From the NCBI RefSeq assembly GCF_902726565.1, contig NZ_CACVAF010000013.1, forward strand, positions 23,266-53,265: a DNA stretch of 30,000 nucleotides, given 5' to 3'. The translations under genes and the position numbers were made by a program. Below, piece after piece: positions 18,152-27,064 of this stretch (the first letter of the stretch is position 1; each line of letters opens with the position of its first letter). The notes beneath the pieces are model-generated. The model was not told where the DNA came from and did no database searches. It saw only the letters and a program-made list of their open reading frames with translations. The DNA is from Yersinia vastinensis (GTDB lineage: Bacteria > Pseudomonadota > Gammaproteobacteria > Enterobacterales > Enterobacteriaceae).

Positions 18152-19441
18152 ATGTCGGAAGAAAAGTTCGATGCCATTGTCGTCGGTGCGGGAGTCGCAG
18201 GATGTATTGCTGGCTATGTGATGGCGAAAGCCGGGCTGGATGTACTGGTCATTGAGCGGGGGAATACCGCTGGTAGTAAAAATATGACGGGAGGGCGCCT
18301 CTATGCACACAGTCTGGAGAGAATCATGCCGGGCTTTGCGCAAGAGGCCCCGATTGAGCGCAAAGTGACGAAAGAAAAGATTTCGTTTCTTACGGAAGAA
18401 AGTGCGGTCACGCTGGATTTCCATAGCGAGCAACCCGACATCCCCCTTAAAGCTTCTTATACCGTGCTGCGTAACCGATTTGACCCGTGGTTAATGGAAA
18501 AGGCGGAAGAGGCCGGAGTGCAATTTATTCCTGGCGTCAGAGTCGATGCTTTGCTCAGGGAAGGCAATCGAGTTATTGGGGTGCAAGCCGGCGAAGATTC
18601 GCTGGAGGCTAACATTGTTATTTTGGCCGATGGCGTCAATTCGCTGTTAGGCCGCTCCATTGGCATGGTGCCACCTTCGTCTCCCCATCATTATGCCGTC
18701 GGGGTTAAAGAGGTGATCGCGCTGTCGCCCTCGCAAATTGAAGATCGTTTCAATCTCTGTGCAGGAGAAGGGGCCGCTTGGTTGTTTGCTGGTTCCCCTT
18801 CGAATGGCTTAATGGGCGGTGGGTTTCTTTATACCAACCAAGATTCGGTCTCGCTGGGATTGGTCTGTGGGCTGGCAGATATTGAGCATGCCACTAAAAG
18901 TGTTCCACAGATGCTGGAGGATTTTAAACAGCATCCGGCGATTCGCCCGCTGATTCAAGGCGGCACATTGCTGGAGTATTCTGCGCATGTTGTACCGGAG
19001 GGCGGATTGGCGATGGTGCCACCACTGGTCAATGATGGCGTGATGATTGTCGGTGATGCTGCGGGGCTTTGCTTGAATCTGGGGTATACCATTCGCGGTA
19101 TGGATTTGGCGATTGCCTCGGCAGAGGCTGCCGCCCAGACCGCTATTGAGGCCAAACAGCAGCAGGATTTCTCAGCCGCCATGCTGATGGGCTACAAGAA
19201 AAAACTGGATCAAAGTTTTGTGATGCAGGATATGCATCATTTCCGCAAGATGCCTGCAATGATGGAAAACCCGCGAATGTTTACACAATATCCTCGGATG
19301 GTCGCTGACATCATGACAGACATGTTCATCATCGATGGGAGCCCCAGCAAACCCATTCGCTCTAAAATATTGAATCGGGCCAAAAAGGTTGGGTTAATCA
19401 ATCTGTTGAAAGATGGAATTAAGGGGGCAACGGCGTTATGA
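18152..19441 (+). CDS. ydiS: ETF-quinone-oxidoreductase-like flavoprotein (FixC-like)
   Basis: 429 aa with an N-terminal FAD dinucleotide fold (FDAIVVGAGVAGCIAGYVMAKAGLDVLVIERG), as in FixC/YdiS. A TAGGGAG SD is present. Confidence 0.92.
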   Translation: MSEEKFDAIVVGAGVAGCIAGYVMAKAGLDVLVIERGNTAGSKNMTGGRLYAHSLERIMPGFAQEAPIERKVTKEKISFLTEESAVTLDFHSEQPDIPLKASYTVLRNRFDPWLMEKAEEAGVQFIPGVRVDALLREGNRVIGVQAGEDSLEANIVILADGVNSLLGRSIGMVPPSSPHHYAVGVKEVIALSPSQIEDRFNLCAGEGAAWLFAGSPSNGLMGGGFLYTNQDSVSLGLVCGLADIEHATKSVPQMLEDFKQHPAIRPLIQGGTLLEYSAHVVPEGGLAMVPPLVNDGVMIVGDAAGLCLNLGYTIRGMDLAIASAEAAAQTAIEAKQQQDFSAAMLMGYKKKLDQSFVMQDMHHFRKMPAMMENPRMFTQYPRMVADIMTDMFIIDGSPSKPIRSKILNRAKKVGLINLLKDGIKGATAL

Positions 19442-19731
19442 GTAATGAAAATACAGTTAATGTCGACGTCAAACTGGGTATCAACAAATTTCGTGTAGAT
19501 GAAAGCAATCCTCACATTGTGTTAGTTGATAATCCTGATAGGGCGCAGTTTCGCAAGTTGATTAACGCCTGCCCTGCGGGGCTATACAAGCAAGACAGCG
19601 ATGGCAATATTCATTTTGATTATGCCGGATGTTTGGAATGTGGAACTTGCCGAGTGCTCTGCGGCGATACCATCCTCGAAAAATGGGAATATCCCCAAGG
19701 TACTTTTGGTATCGAATTTCGCTTCGGTTAA
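19438..19731 (+). CDS. ydiT: Ferredoxin-like protein (FixX-like)
   Basis: 97 aa with the Cys pattern CPAGLY...C.ECGTC...C typical of FixX/YdiT. Its ATG overlaps the ydiS stop (ATGA at 19438-19441), which fits translational coupling. Confidence 0.9.
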   Translation: MSNENTVNVDVKLGINKFRVDESNPHIVLVDNPDRAQFRKLINACPAGLYKQDSDGNIHFDYAGCLECGTCRVLCGDTILEKWEYPQGTFGIEFRFG

Positions 19732-19757
19732 TCCCTGCATTGAATTGCTCTCATCTT

Positions 19758-19775
19758 TGGCCTATTCGTAGGCCA
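19758..19775 (+). other. Intra-operon stem-loop with UUCG tetraloop between ydiT and fadK
   Basis: A 7-bp stem, TGGCCTA (19758-19764) pairing with TAGGCCA (19769-19775), closes a TTCG loop. It is followed by TCTTCC, which is only a weak U-tract. Confidence 0.4.
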
Positions 19776-19847
19776 TCTTCCTGCATCACTACCTATTAGA
19801 TTTACAACGACACCGCGCAGTTGCTGTTAATAAGTGAGATAAAGCGA

Positions 19848-21500
19848 ATGGCTATTACAATTAAATTTAATGATGAGCGTAGGGAGGCCTACCGGAAGCA
19901 AGGCTACTGGGGGGATGCGTCGCTCGCTGACTATTGGCACCATTCGGTCAAAGTTGCTCCCGAAAAGATAGCGGTCCTTGATAACCAAGGTACGTCATAT
20001 ACCTATGCTGCACTGGATTGCGCCGCCGGAAGTGTGGCTTCGTATCTGTTAGATTGTGGCATTCAGCCCGGCGACAGGGTTGCTTTTCAACTTCCGGGTT
20101 GGTGTGAGTTCACTCTGATCTATCTGGCCTGTCTGAAAACGGGGGCAGTTGCAGTCCCTCTGCTACCTGCTTATCGTGAAACCGAGCTTATTTGGACGCT
20201 GAATAAGAGTCAGGCGCGGATTCTATTTGTGCCGACCTTGTTCAAAAATGTCGACCCAGTGGCAATGATTGCCCCACTGCGTTCACAGCTTCCTTATCTT
20301 CAGCAAATGGTCGCAGTGGATAAACTGGCACCAGCAACATCACTGCCTTCATTGAGCCAGTTATTGCGCGATTATCCTCCGTTGGAAAACCCCGTTAAAG
20401 TCCATGGCGATGAACTGGCCGTTGTGCTGTTTACCTCTGGTACTGAAGGGGTTCCTAAAGGCGTGATGCTCACTCATAACAATGTGCTTGCCAGCGAGCG
20501 TGCATATTGTGCGACGTTAAATTTGAATTGGACGGATATCATCTTAATGCCCGCCCCGCTAGGGCATGCGACCGGTTTTCTGCATGGCGTGACTGCGCCT
20601 TTTATCATTGGTGCTCGCAGCGTCCTGCTGGATATTTTTAGTCCCCAAGCGTGCCTGACCTTGTTAGAACGGGAAAAATGTACCTGCGTGATGGGCGCCA
20701 CACCTTTTGTGTATGATTTGCTGTGTACGGTGCAACAACAGCCGTATGACCTTTCTTCGTTGCGTTTCTTTTTATGCGGTGGTACGACGATCCCAAAACA
20801 AATAACCCGGGACTGTTTGCTCGTCGGCATTAAATTACTCAGTGTTTACGGCGCGACGGAAAGCTCACCTCATGCTGTGGTTAAACTTGATGATCCACTC
20901 TCTCGTGTGGTTAACACCGATGGGGTCGCAGTGTCTGGTGTCGAAATCAAAGTTGTCGATAAAGCACGTCAGACAGTCTCTCATGGCGAGGAGGGCGAAG
21001 AGGCCTCACGTGGCCCCAATGTTTTCATGGGGTATCTGGGGGAGCCGGAATTGACGGCTCAAGCGCTAGACGAGGAGGGCTGGTACTACAGCGGTGATCT
21101 TTGCCGCATGGATGAGGAAGGGTACATTAAAATAACGGGCCGCAAGAAAGATATTATCGTGCGCGGCGGTGAGAACATTAGTAGCCGTGAGGTCGAGGAG
21201 ATTCTGTTATTGCACCCTCTGGTACAGGATGTTGGTGTCGTGGCGATGCCAGACGAAAGGCTTGGCGAACGGGCTTGTGCTTATGTGGTATTACGTGACG
21301 GTTGCCAGCCGTTAACGTTTACAGCGATGATCGATTTTTTTCGCAACCGACGGGTAGCCAAATACAAATATCCTGAACGGCTAGAGCTGGTGGATCGTTT
21401 ACCACGCACGGCTTCAGGCAAAATCAAAAAATTTTTGTTACGCGAACTTTTGCTGCAAAAGCTGGTGCAGGAGGCGTCTTCTCATAACACACGAAATTGA
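19848..21500 (+). CDS. fadK: Short/medium-chain acyl-CoA synthetase (AMP-forming)
   Basis: 550 aa from MAITIKFNDERREAYRKQGYWGDASLADYW, colinear with E. coli FadK/YdiD. The AMP-binding motif LFTSGTEGVPKGVMLTHNN and the C-terminal PRTASGKIKK are present. I trimmed the track ORF (19821) to the ATG at 19848. Confidence 0.92.
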   Translation: MAITIKFNDERREAYRKQGYWGDASLADYWHHSVKVAPEKIAVLDNQGTSYTYAALDCAAGSVASYLLDCGIQPGDRVAFQLPGWCEFTLIYLACLKTGAVAVPLLPAYRETELIWTLNKSQARILFVPTLFKNVDPVAMIAPLRSQLPYLQQMVAVDKLAPATSLPSLSQLLRDYPPLENPVKVHGDELAVVLFTSGTEGVPKGVMLTHNNVLASERAYCATLNLNWTDIILMPAPLGHATGFLHGVTAPFIIGARSVLLDIFSPQACLTLLEREKCTCVMGATPFVYDLLCTVQQQPYDLSSLRFFLCGGTTIPKQITRDCLLVGIKLLSVYGATESSPHAVVKLDDPLSRVVNTDGVAVSGVEIKVVDKARQTVSHGEEGEEASRGPNVFMGYLGEPELTAQALDEEGWYYSGDLCRMDEEGYIKITGRKKDIIVRGGENISSREVEEILLLHPLVQDVGVVAMPDERLGERACAYVVLRDGCQPLTFTAMIDFFRNRRVAKYKYPERLELVDRLPRTASGKIKKFLLRELLLQKLVQEASSHNTRN

Positions 21501-21535
21501 AAATAGGGGAGAAGAAGCCTGTAACAGTGGTTTTC

Positions 21536-21576
21536 TTCCTAGAGCGCGGCAACTTTCGTTAGCCGCGCACTAGGAA
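21536..21576. terminator. Large GC-rich hairpin between convergent fadK and cynX
   Basis: A 15-bp stem with one mismatch, TTCCTAGAGCGCGGC (21536-21550) pairing with GCCGCGCACTAGGAA (21562-21576), has an 11-nt loop. There is no clear U-tract, so it could be a terminator or a REP-like element. Confidence 0.5.
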
Positions 21577-21617
21577 GTAAAATAATAGTGGCTGATATCA
21601 GATCTGTTTTTCTTCGT

Positions 21618-22862
21618 TTATGAGGGCAGGGTTCGCCATTCATGGGGATAGTGCGAAGGAGTAAAGCGCAGAGTTAGCACCATTAGCCCAATAATACACC
21701 CAGCATGAAACATCCAGTCGAGCAGATAGTTTCCACTGAGGCTACGTAGCAGGCCAGATAAATACGGCGAAAGCCCGGCGATAATAAACCCAATTCCCTG
21801 CATAAAGGACACCAATCGCCGGGTAATCTCGTTGTGGGGGGAATGGTCAAGAGCCAGCACGAGGCACAAAGGAAATGCCCCGCCAAGCCCAATACCACAG
21901 ACGACAGCCCACAGTATGGCGAACTGTTGTGGAAGCCAGATAAAGCCAAAGAAACCAATCAGTTGTAGTACTAGTGTGAGTAACAATAGTCCTCTTCTGT
22001 CCTGACGATTTGCCAGCAGAGGCAGAATTAATGCCCCCAGCGTCTGTCCGAGTGTCATTAACGCCAGTAAACCGCCGCTAAACTGAGTGCTGAAACCGAG
22101 TTGCATATAGTAAGGCGGTAACCAGGCAACCAAGCTGGCATAACCGCCGTTAATGAGCCCAAAATATAAACCTAATATCCACGCTCTTGGGTTGATATGT
22201 ATGCGAACAGGTGAAGTAGATGGGGCGATATATGCGACTGAATTTAGTGATTTGCATTGAACCCGCCAACCGACAAGTGCGATGATGGCAGGCAATCCCC
22301 ACCAAGCCAATGCGTGATACCAGAGAAGACTGTGCTGCGCCAGCCAAGGTGTCAAGGCCGCCCCCAATCCGCCGCCGCCCATTAGCATTGCAGACCATAA
22401 ACCAATCACTTGTGGCATACGTTGGCTAAACAGACGTTTGATAATCGTCGGCATAATCGTTTGAATCACCCCGATACCAATACCGCCAAGTAGTGCGCTA
22501 CTGAGCAATAAGCTGCTGCGCGGAGCGCTTTCGCGTAACAAAGAGCCAAGGGCAATCATCAGTAAGCTGAGTGCCACACTGTTGTACTCATTGAAATATT
22601 TACCCAGCCAGCCACCAACCAGAGCCATGACACCCATTGCCACGATAGGGAGCGTCGTCAGCAATGAGGCTACGCCGAAGCTTATGCCACTGGCTTGTTG
22701 TAACTGAGGCAGTAAGGGGCTAATAGACGTTAAGAGTGGGCGCATATTCAGGCCAATCAATACCAGTACCAACAACATCAGGTTATTTTTTTTCTGCTGC
22801 GCAAGCTTGCAAGATGTTGGCAATACGTCTTGTTGATGGCGGTTATTATGACTTGGGGACAT
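21618..22862 (-). CDS. cynX: MFS cyanate transporter
   Basis: From residue 29 (MLLVLVLIGLNMRPLLTSISPLLPQL) the protein is colinear with E. coli CynX (384 aa). The ATG at 22862 has an AAGGA SD and adds about 28 N-terminal residues. The alternative ATG at 22778 has no SD. Confidence 0.88.
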   Translation of the reverse strand: MSPSHNNRHQQDVLPTSCKLAQQKKNNLMLLVLVLIGLNMRPLLTSISPLLPQLQQASGISFGVASLLTTLPIVAMGVMALVGGWLGKYFNEYNSVALSLLMIALGSLLRESAPRSSLLLSSALLGGIGIGVIQTIMPTIIKRLFSQRMPQVIGLWSAMLMGGGGLGAALTPWLAQHSLLWYHALAWWGLPAIIALVGWRVQCKSLNSVAYIAPSTSPVRIHINPRAWILGLYFGLINGGYASLVAWLPPYYMQLGFSTQFSGGLLALMTLGQTLGALILPLLANRQDRRGLLLLTLVLQLIGFFGFIWLPQQFAILWAVVCGIGLGGAFPLCLVLALDHSPHNEITRRLVSFMQGIGFIIAGLSPYLSGLLRSLSGNYLLDWMFHAGCIIGLMVLTLRFTPSHYPHEWRTLPS

Positions 22863-22920
22863 CGTGTTCCTTGATGAGATCGGCGAATAGCAATATCCGC
22901 CTTGTTTGCTTCAATAAAAG

Positions 22921-23391
22921 TTAAAACGGTTTAGTTGGCAGGTATTTTCCGTCTAATGTGATGACCGCGCGCTCACCTCCATCGGGATCAGCGACTTTTT
23001 TCACGTCCAGTTTAAAGTTGATTGCGCTAATAATGCCGTCACCAAATTTTTCGTGAATCAAGACTTTGAGTGTGGTGCTGTAAACTTGCAGCATTTCGTA
23101 GAAACGGTACATGGTCGGATCGGTAGGAATGCCATCTTCGAAACTGCCACGTACCGGAATGGTTTGCAGCAGTCTCACGGCATCACTGTCGAGCTCTAGT
23201 TTTCGACCAACAATTTGTGCAACTTCTGCTGGCAATGGATGCTGCCCTAAAAGTGCAGCAGTGACGAAAGCCTCGGATAAGCCCGTTTCGTCAGCAATCT
23301 CGGCAAACGATAGATCTTTTTTCGCTTTAATATTCAGAATTTGATCTGCCAATATCAGACGAACATTGCGGTTAATTTGTGACTGAATCAC
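22921..23391 (-). CDS. cynS: Cyanase (cyanate hydratase)
   Basis: 156 aa, near-identical in length and sequence to E. coli CynS (IQSQINRN..., ...[17 protein letters not shown]). The start codon is GTG at 23391, preceded by AAGAGGT. Confidence 0.95.
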   Translation of the reverse strand: MIQSQINRNVRLILADQILNIKAKKDLSFAEIADETGLSEAFVTAALLGQHPLPAEVAQIVGRKLELDSDAVRLLQTIPVRGSFEDGIPTDPTMYRFYEMLQVYSTTLKVLIHEKFGDGIISAINFKLDVKKVADPDGGERAVITLDGKYLPTKPF

Positions 23392-23416
23392 GGTAATACC
23401 TCTTTTTATAAATTAA

Positions 23417-24064
23417 TCAGTTATAGGAAGAAACGGCACGAACATTCGGGTTCGTAGCCAGAGAAACAAACTGGCGAGATGCGCGATCAAAAGCAGAAAT
23501 CAGACCACTTTCAATGTCATACACCCAACCATGAATTGTCAGACGGCCTTCTTCAAGAGCAAGGCGTACCGATGGGTGAGTTTGGATATTGACCAGTTGG
23601 GCCGCTACATTCTCATGAACCATGGAAATCGTTTTATCGTGCATATTTTTGTATTCACGAGATTCATTCACTACTTTTGCTGAGTCCGCATACTGCAACC
23701 AGTGCTTGACGGCAGGCATATGGTCCAAGCAGAGACATTTGGCAATTGCGGTCATCGCGCCGCAGTCAGAATGACCACAAATCACGATGTCCGTTACTTT
23801 CAGTGCCGCAACGGCATATTCTACCGAAGCCGATATACCACCGGGCTCCGGGCCGTAAGAGGGGACAATGTTGCCAGCATTGCGGATCACAAACAGGTCA
23901 CCGGGTTCACGCTGAGTCACCAGCTCTGGCACCATGCGGCTGTCTGAACAGGAAATGAACAGTGTTTTTGGACTTTGTTGCGTGGCCAGACTTTTGAATA
24001 ATTCAGCACGTTCAGGAAATGCGTCACGTTGGAATTTCAGGAAACCGTTAATAATCTCTTTCAT
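23417..24064 (-). CDS. cynT: Beta-class carbonic anhydrase
   Basis: 215 aa with beta-carbonic-anhydrase zinc ligand contexts ([15 protein letters not shown]). It is the first gene of cynTSX. Confidence 0.93.
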   Translation of the reverse strand: MKEIINGFLKFQRDAFPERAELFKSLATQQSPKTLFISCSDSRMVPELVTQREPGDLFVIRNAGNIVPSYGPEPGGISASVEYAVAALKVTDIVICGHSDCGAMTAIAKCLCLDHMPAVKHWLQYADSAKVVNESREYKNMHDKTISMVHENVAAQLVNIQTHPSVRLALEEGRLTIHGWVYDIESGLISAFDRASRQFVSLATNPNVRAVSSYN

Positions 24065-24175
24065 GGTAGGTTCACTTTCTTGCTCTAGGATGCGGTGAAG
24101 ATTATTCCTTTTGTTCTATAAGATAAAAGACTGATTTATAATTGGTGTAATTCAAAAATCTTATGAGTCATTGCC
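24065..24175. promoter_or_regulatory. cynR / cynTSX divergent promoter-operator region
   Basis: A 111-bp AT-rich spacer lies between the divergent LysR gene and its target operon. It contains an AT-rich dyad, TATAA-N14-TTATA (24117-24140). The role is assigned mainly by position, because the dyad is weak evidence in AT-rich DNA. Confidence 0.5.
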
Positions 24176-25069
24176 ATGAATGTCCGCTATGTTCGCTATT
24201 TTCTTGCTGTCGCAGAGCACCAAGGGTTTACAAGAGCTGCCGCCGCGCTGCATGTATCACAGCCCGCGTTGTCACAGCAGATCAAGCAGCTGGAAGAAAG
24301 TCTTAATACCCAACTATTTGATCGCAGCGGGCGTAATATTCGGCTGACGGATTCCGGGGAAGTCTATTTACAATATGTGCGCCGTGCATTTCGGGCTTTG
24401 GACGAAGGGAAACGAGCTATTCATGATGTTGAGGATCTCAGTCGGGGATCGCTACGTGTTGCTGCCACACCTACCTTTAGCGCCTATTTTATCGGGCCGC
24501 TGGTGGCAGAGTTTTATGCACGCTTTCCAAATATTAATTTACAAGTCCAAGAAATGTCGCAGGAGAAGATAGAAAGTCTGTTATTGAATAATGACTTGGA
24601 TGTAGGAATTGCCTTTGATAACGGTGATTTTCAAGATATTGAATCACAGCACCTTCTGACTGAAACTCTGGCATTGATTGTTGCCAACCATCATCCTCTG
24701 GCATGGCAAAAAAAGGTGACTCTTGAAGATCTCAACAATGAAAAACTCATCCTTCTCAGTCAGGAGTTCGCCACGCGTGTACATATCGATCGCAATTTTC
24801 TTCAAGCAGGGTTGCACCCTAGGGTACAGATAGAGATGAATGAAATCAGTACTGTTCTTGATGTGATCCGTCGTACATCACTCTCAACCTTGCTTCCCGC
24901 CACGATTGCTATACAAAATAATGACTTGGTGGCACTCCCTGTTACAGGTTGGGAATTAGGAAGAACGGCGGTATTAATGCGGCGAAGAGGGGCGTGGCAG
25001 ACAGCGGCAACAAAGGTATTTATTGATGTTGCATTGGAAGTGGCTAATAAAATTGTTGTGACCAAATAG
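24176..25069 (+). CDS. cynR: LysR-family activator of the cyn operon
   Basis: 297 aa, colinear with E. coli CynR ([51 protein letters not shown]). It is divergent from cynT. Confidence 0.92.
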   Translation: MNVRYVRYFLAVAEHQGFTRAAAALHVSQPALSQQIKQLEESLNTQLFDRSGRNIRLTDSGEVYLQYVRRAFRALDEGKRAIHDVEDLSRGSLRVAATPTFSAYFIGPLVAEFYARFPNINLQVQEMSQEKIESLLLNNDLDVGIAFDNGDFQDIESQHLLTETLALIVANHHPLAWQKKVTLEDLNNEKLILLSQEFATRVHIDRNFLQAGLHPRVQIEMNEISTVLDVIRRTSLSTLLPATIAIQNNDLVALPVTGWELGRTAVLMRRRGAWQTAATKVFIDVALEVANKIVVTK

Positions 25070-25105
25070 TTCGGCATCTTGAATATAAGAGTATCGGAGA
25101 CAGAG

Positions 25106-25136
25106 AAAAAAAATCCACGCATGCGCGTGGATTTTG
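25106..25136. terminator. Bidirectional rho-independent terminator between cynR and ychF
   Basis: An A8 run precedes an 8-bp stem, ATCCACGC (25113-25120) pairing with GCGTGGAT (25125-25132), with a 4-nt loop, and TTTT follows. The symmetric A/T tracts would allow termination in both directions. Confidence 0.85.
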
Positions 25137-25192
25137 TGGGGTTTGTGCTCTTTGTGAGGTCTAGTGAGAACTTATGAGACAACAAATTCTAT

Positions 25193-26284
25193 TTAGACGT
25201 TAAATAAGAAGTTCATCACATCGCCATCTTTTACGATGTAATCTTTGCCTTCTGAACGCATTTTCCCAGCTTCTTTCGCGCCTTGCTCACCTTTGTAGGT
25301 GATGAAGTCTTCAAACGCGATAGTTTGTGCGCGGATGAAACCCTTCTCAAAGTCAGTATGAATTTTACCCGCAGCTTGAGGTGCGGTTGCGCCGACAGGA
25401 ATAGTCCAAGCACGAACTTCTTTCACTCCGGCGGTGAAATAGGTTTGCAGATTCAGCAGTTCATAACCGGCACGGATAACACGGTTCAGGCCAGGCTCCT
25501 CAATACCTAATTCGGCCATAAACTCAGCGCGATCTTCATCTTCTAACTCAGCAATATCAGATTCCACCGCGGCACAGACAGCAACGACCACCGAGCCTTC
25601 CGCTGCGGCAATAGCACGGACTTGGTCCAGATATGGGTTATTCTCGAAGCCATCTTCATTGACGTTGGCAATGTACATAGTGGGTTTCAGCGTCAGGAAG
25701 CTCAGATAACGGATAGCCGCTTTATCTTCCGCTGTCAGGTCAAGCGCACGCAGCATGCCCGCATTCTCTAAATGTGGCAGACATTTTTCCAGTGCTTCCA
25801 GCTCAGCTTTTGCGTCTTTATCGCCACCTTTGGCTTTCTTCTGTACACGGTGTATTGCACGTTCGCAGGTTTCAAGGTCAGAAAGTGCCAACTCAGTATT
25901 GATGGTGTCAATGTCATCTGCTGGATCAACTTTGCCAGCAACATGAATAATATTGTCATTCTCAAAGCACCGCACCACATGCCCGATGGCTTCTGTTTCG
26001 CGAATATTGGTCAGGAATTGGTTACCCAAGCCTTCACCTTTGGATGCCCCTTTAACCAGACCCGCGATATCAACAAATTCCATCGTCGTTGGCAAGATTC
26101 GCTGAGGTTTAACAATTTCGGCCAATTGGTCCAGACGCGGATCCGGCATTGGCACAACACCCGTATTGGGTTCAATGGTACAGAACGGGAAGTTAGCTGC
26201 TTCGATGCCCGCTTGTGTCAACGCGTTGAATAGGGTGGATTTACCAACGTTAGGCAGGCCCACAATACCGCATTTGAATCCCAT
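25193..26284 (-). CDS. ychF: Redox-regulated ribosome-binding ATPase YchF
   Basis: 363 aa, the same length as E. coli YchF. It has the P-loop [23 protein letters not shown] and is highly conserved throughout. Confidence 0.97.
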   Translation of the reverse strand: MGFKCGIVGLPNVGKSTLFNALTQAGIEAANFPFCTIEPNTGVVPMPDPRLDQLAEIVKPQRILPTTMEFVDIAGLVKGASKGEGLGNQFLTNIRETEAIGHVVRCFENDNIIHVAGKVDPADDIDTINTELALSDLETCERAIHRVQKKAKGGDKDAKAELEALEKCLPHLENAGMLRALDLTAEDKAAIRYLSFLTLKPTMYIANVNEDGFENNPYLDQVRAIAAAEGSVVVAVCAAVESDIAELEDEDRAEFMAELGIEEPGLNRVIRAGYELLNLQTYFTAGVKEVRAWTIPVGATAPQAAGKIHTDFEKGFIRAQTIAFEDFITYKGEQGAKEAGKMRSEGKDYIVKDGDVMNFLFNV

Positions 26285-26545
26285 GTTTTATATCACCTTA
26301 AATAACTTAAAAATCAACTTGTTAGGGTTAACAAGCCAATGTAATCAAAATTTATGCCGCCATTATACACATAATGATGATTTATCTCGATCATGCTCTT
26401 ACGTTGTGGGGCTGGCATTTATTGCTATAGCTGATAGGTAATTGATTTTTCTAACTCTGTGTTCGAGATCACGCTTTGGCCATCTGAAGTTTTCCAGTAA
26501 ATATCCGATAACGAGTTATTAGGATTTACATAATGAATTTGGATA

Positions 26546-27010
26546 ATGTCCATGGAAATGAGCATCTACAAATGGTTGATAGTCATTCTATTTGGCGGCG
26601 TGGTGGGGATTGCAGGCATACGGTTTCTGACTGCGGATATTGAGTCTAGTGACCCCACTTTTGCACAATTAGTCGATCAATATGGTGTACAGATAGAGAA
26701 TCAGTCGGGCAAAAGTGTCAGATATGTAGGTTACAAGAAAAATACACTTTATGAGGATTTTGATGGAGTTCAACTGACATTCACTGCCCTGAACGATAAA
26801 TTCGAACGCAGCCATGAATTAGCCGAAAATAAGAAGAAAGCGGCGGATTGGACATCTCTTTTTTGTACTGATGAACTACAGGATATTGCTGGCGAATATG
26901 ATGCGAAGAGCAATCATTTTCTTGGGCGGGTGAGGGTCATTATTGCAGGGGTTGTGCTAACCAGTGAGGGGCAACAGGGAATTAATGCACTGTGTAATAA
27001 AAATGAGTAA
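26546..27010 (+). CDS. Hypothetical membrane-anchored protein (single N-terminal TM helix, no family recognised)
   Basis: 154-aa ORF. The N-terminal hydrophobic segment YKWLIVILFGGVVGIAGIRFL is followed by a roughly 125-aa hydrophilic domain with two Cys. There is no convincing SD, three in-frame ATGs are possible (26546, 26552, 26558), and I recognise no homologue. The main support is that it fills an otherwise empty 780-bp gap and is followed by a hairpin. Confidence 0.55.
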   Translation: MSMEMSIYKWLIVILFGGVVGIAGIRFLTADIESSDPTFAQLVDQYGVQIENQSGKSVRYVGYKKNTLYEDFDGVQLTFTALNDKFERSHELAENKKKAADWTSLFCTDELQDIAGEYDAKSNHFLGRVRVIIAGVVLTSEGQQGINALCNKNE

Positions 27011-27025
27011 AGCCAGAAGTTGAGG

Positions 27026-27051
27026 CCCCGGCGCAGGTTTATCCGCCGGGG
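27026..27051. terminator. GC-rich hairpin between the convergent hypothetical ORF and pth
   Basis: An 8-bp stem, CCCCGGCG (27026-27033) pairing with CGCCGGGG (27044-27051), has a 10-nt loop and no strong U-tract. Confidence 0.5.
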
Positions 27052-27064
27052 AATTGGAAAATGG

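Noticed and set aside
25772-26233. 153-aa + strand ORF antisense to ychF (plus 25231-25413, 25283-25510, 25755-25946, 25768-25980 and 26166-26441)
   Set aside because: They are embedded in or overlap the conserved ychF gene. Their composition is low-complexity or Cys/Phe-rich, typical of antisense translation, and I saw no SD for them.
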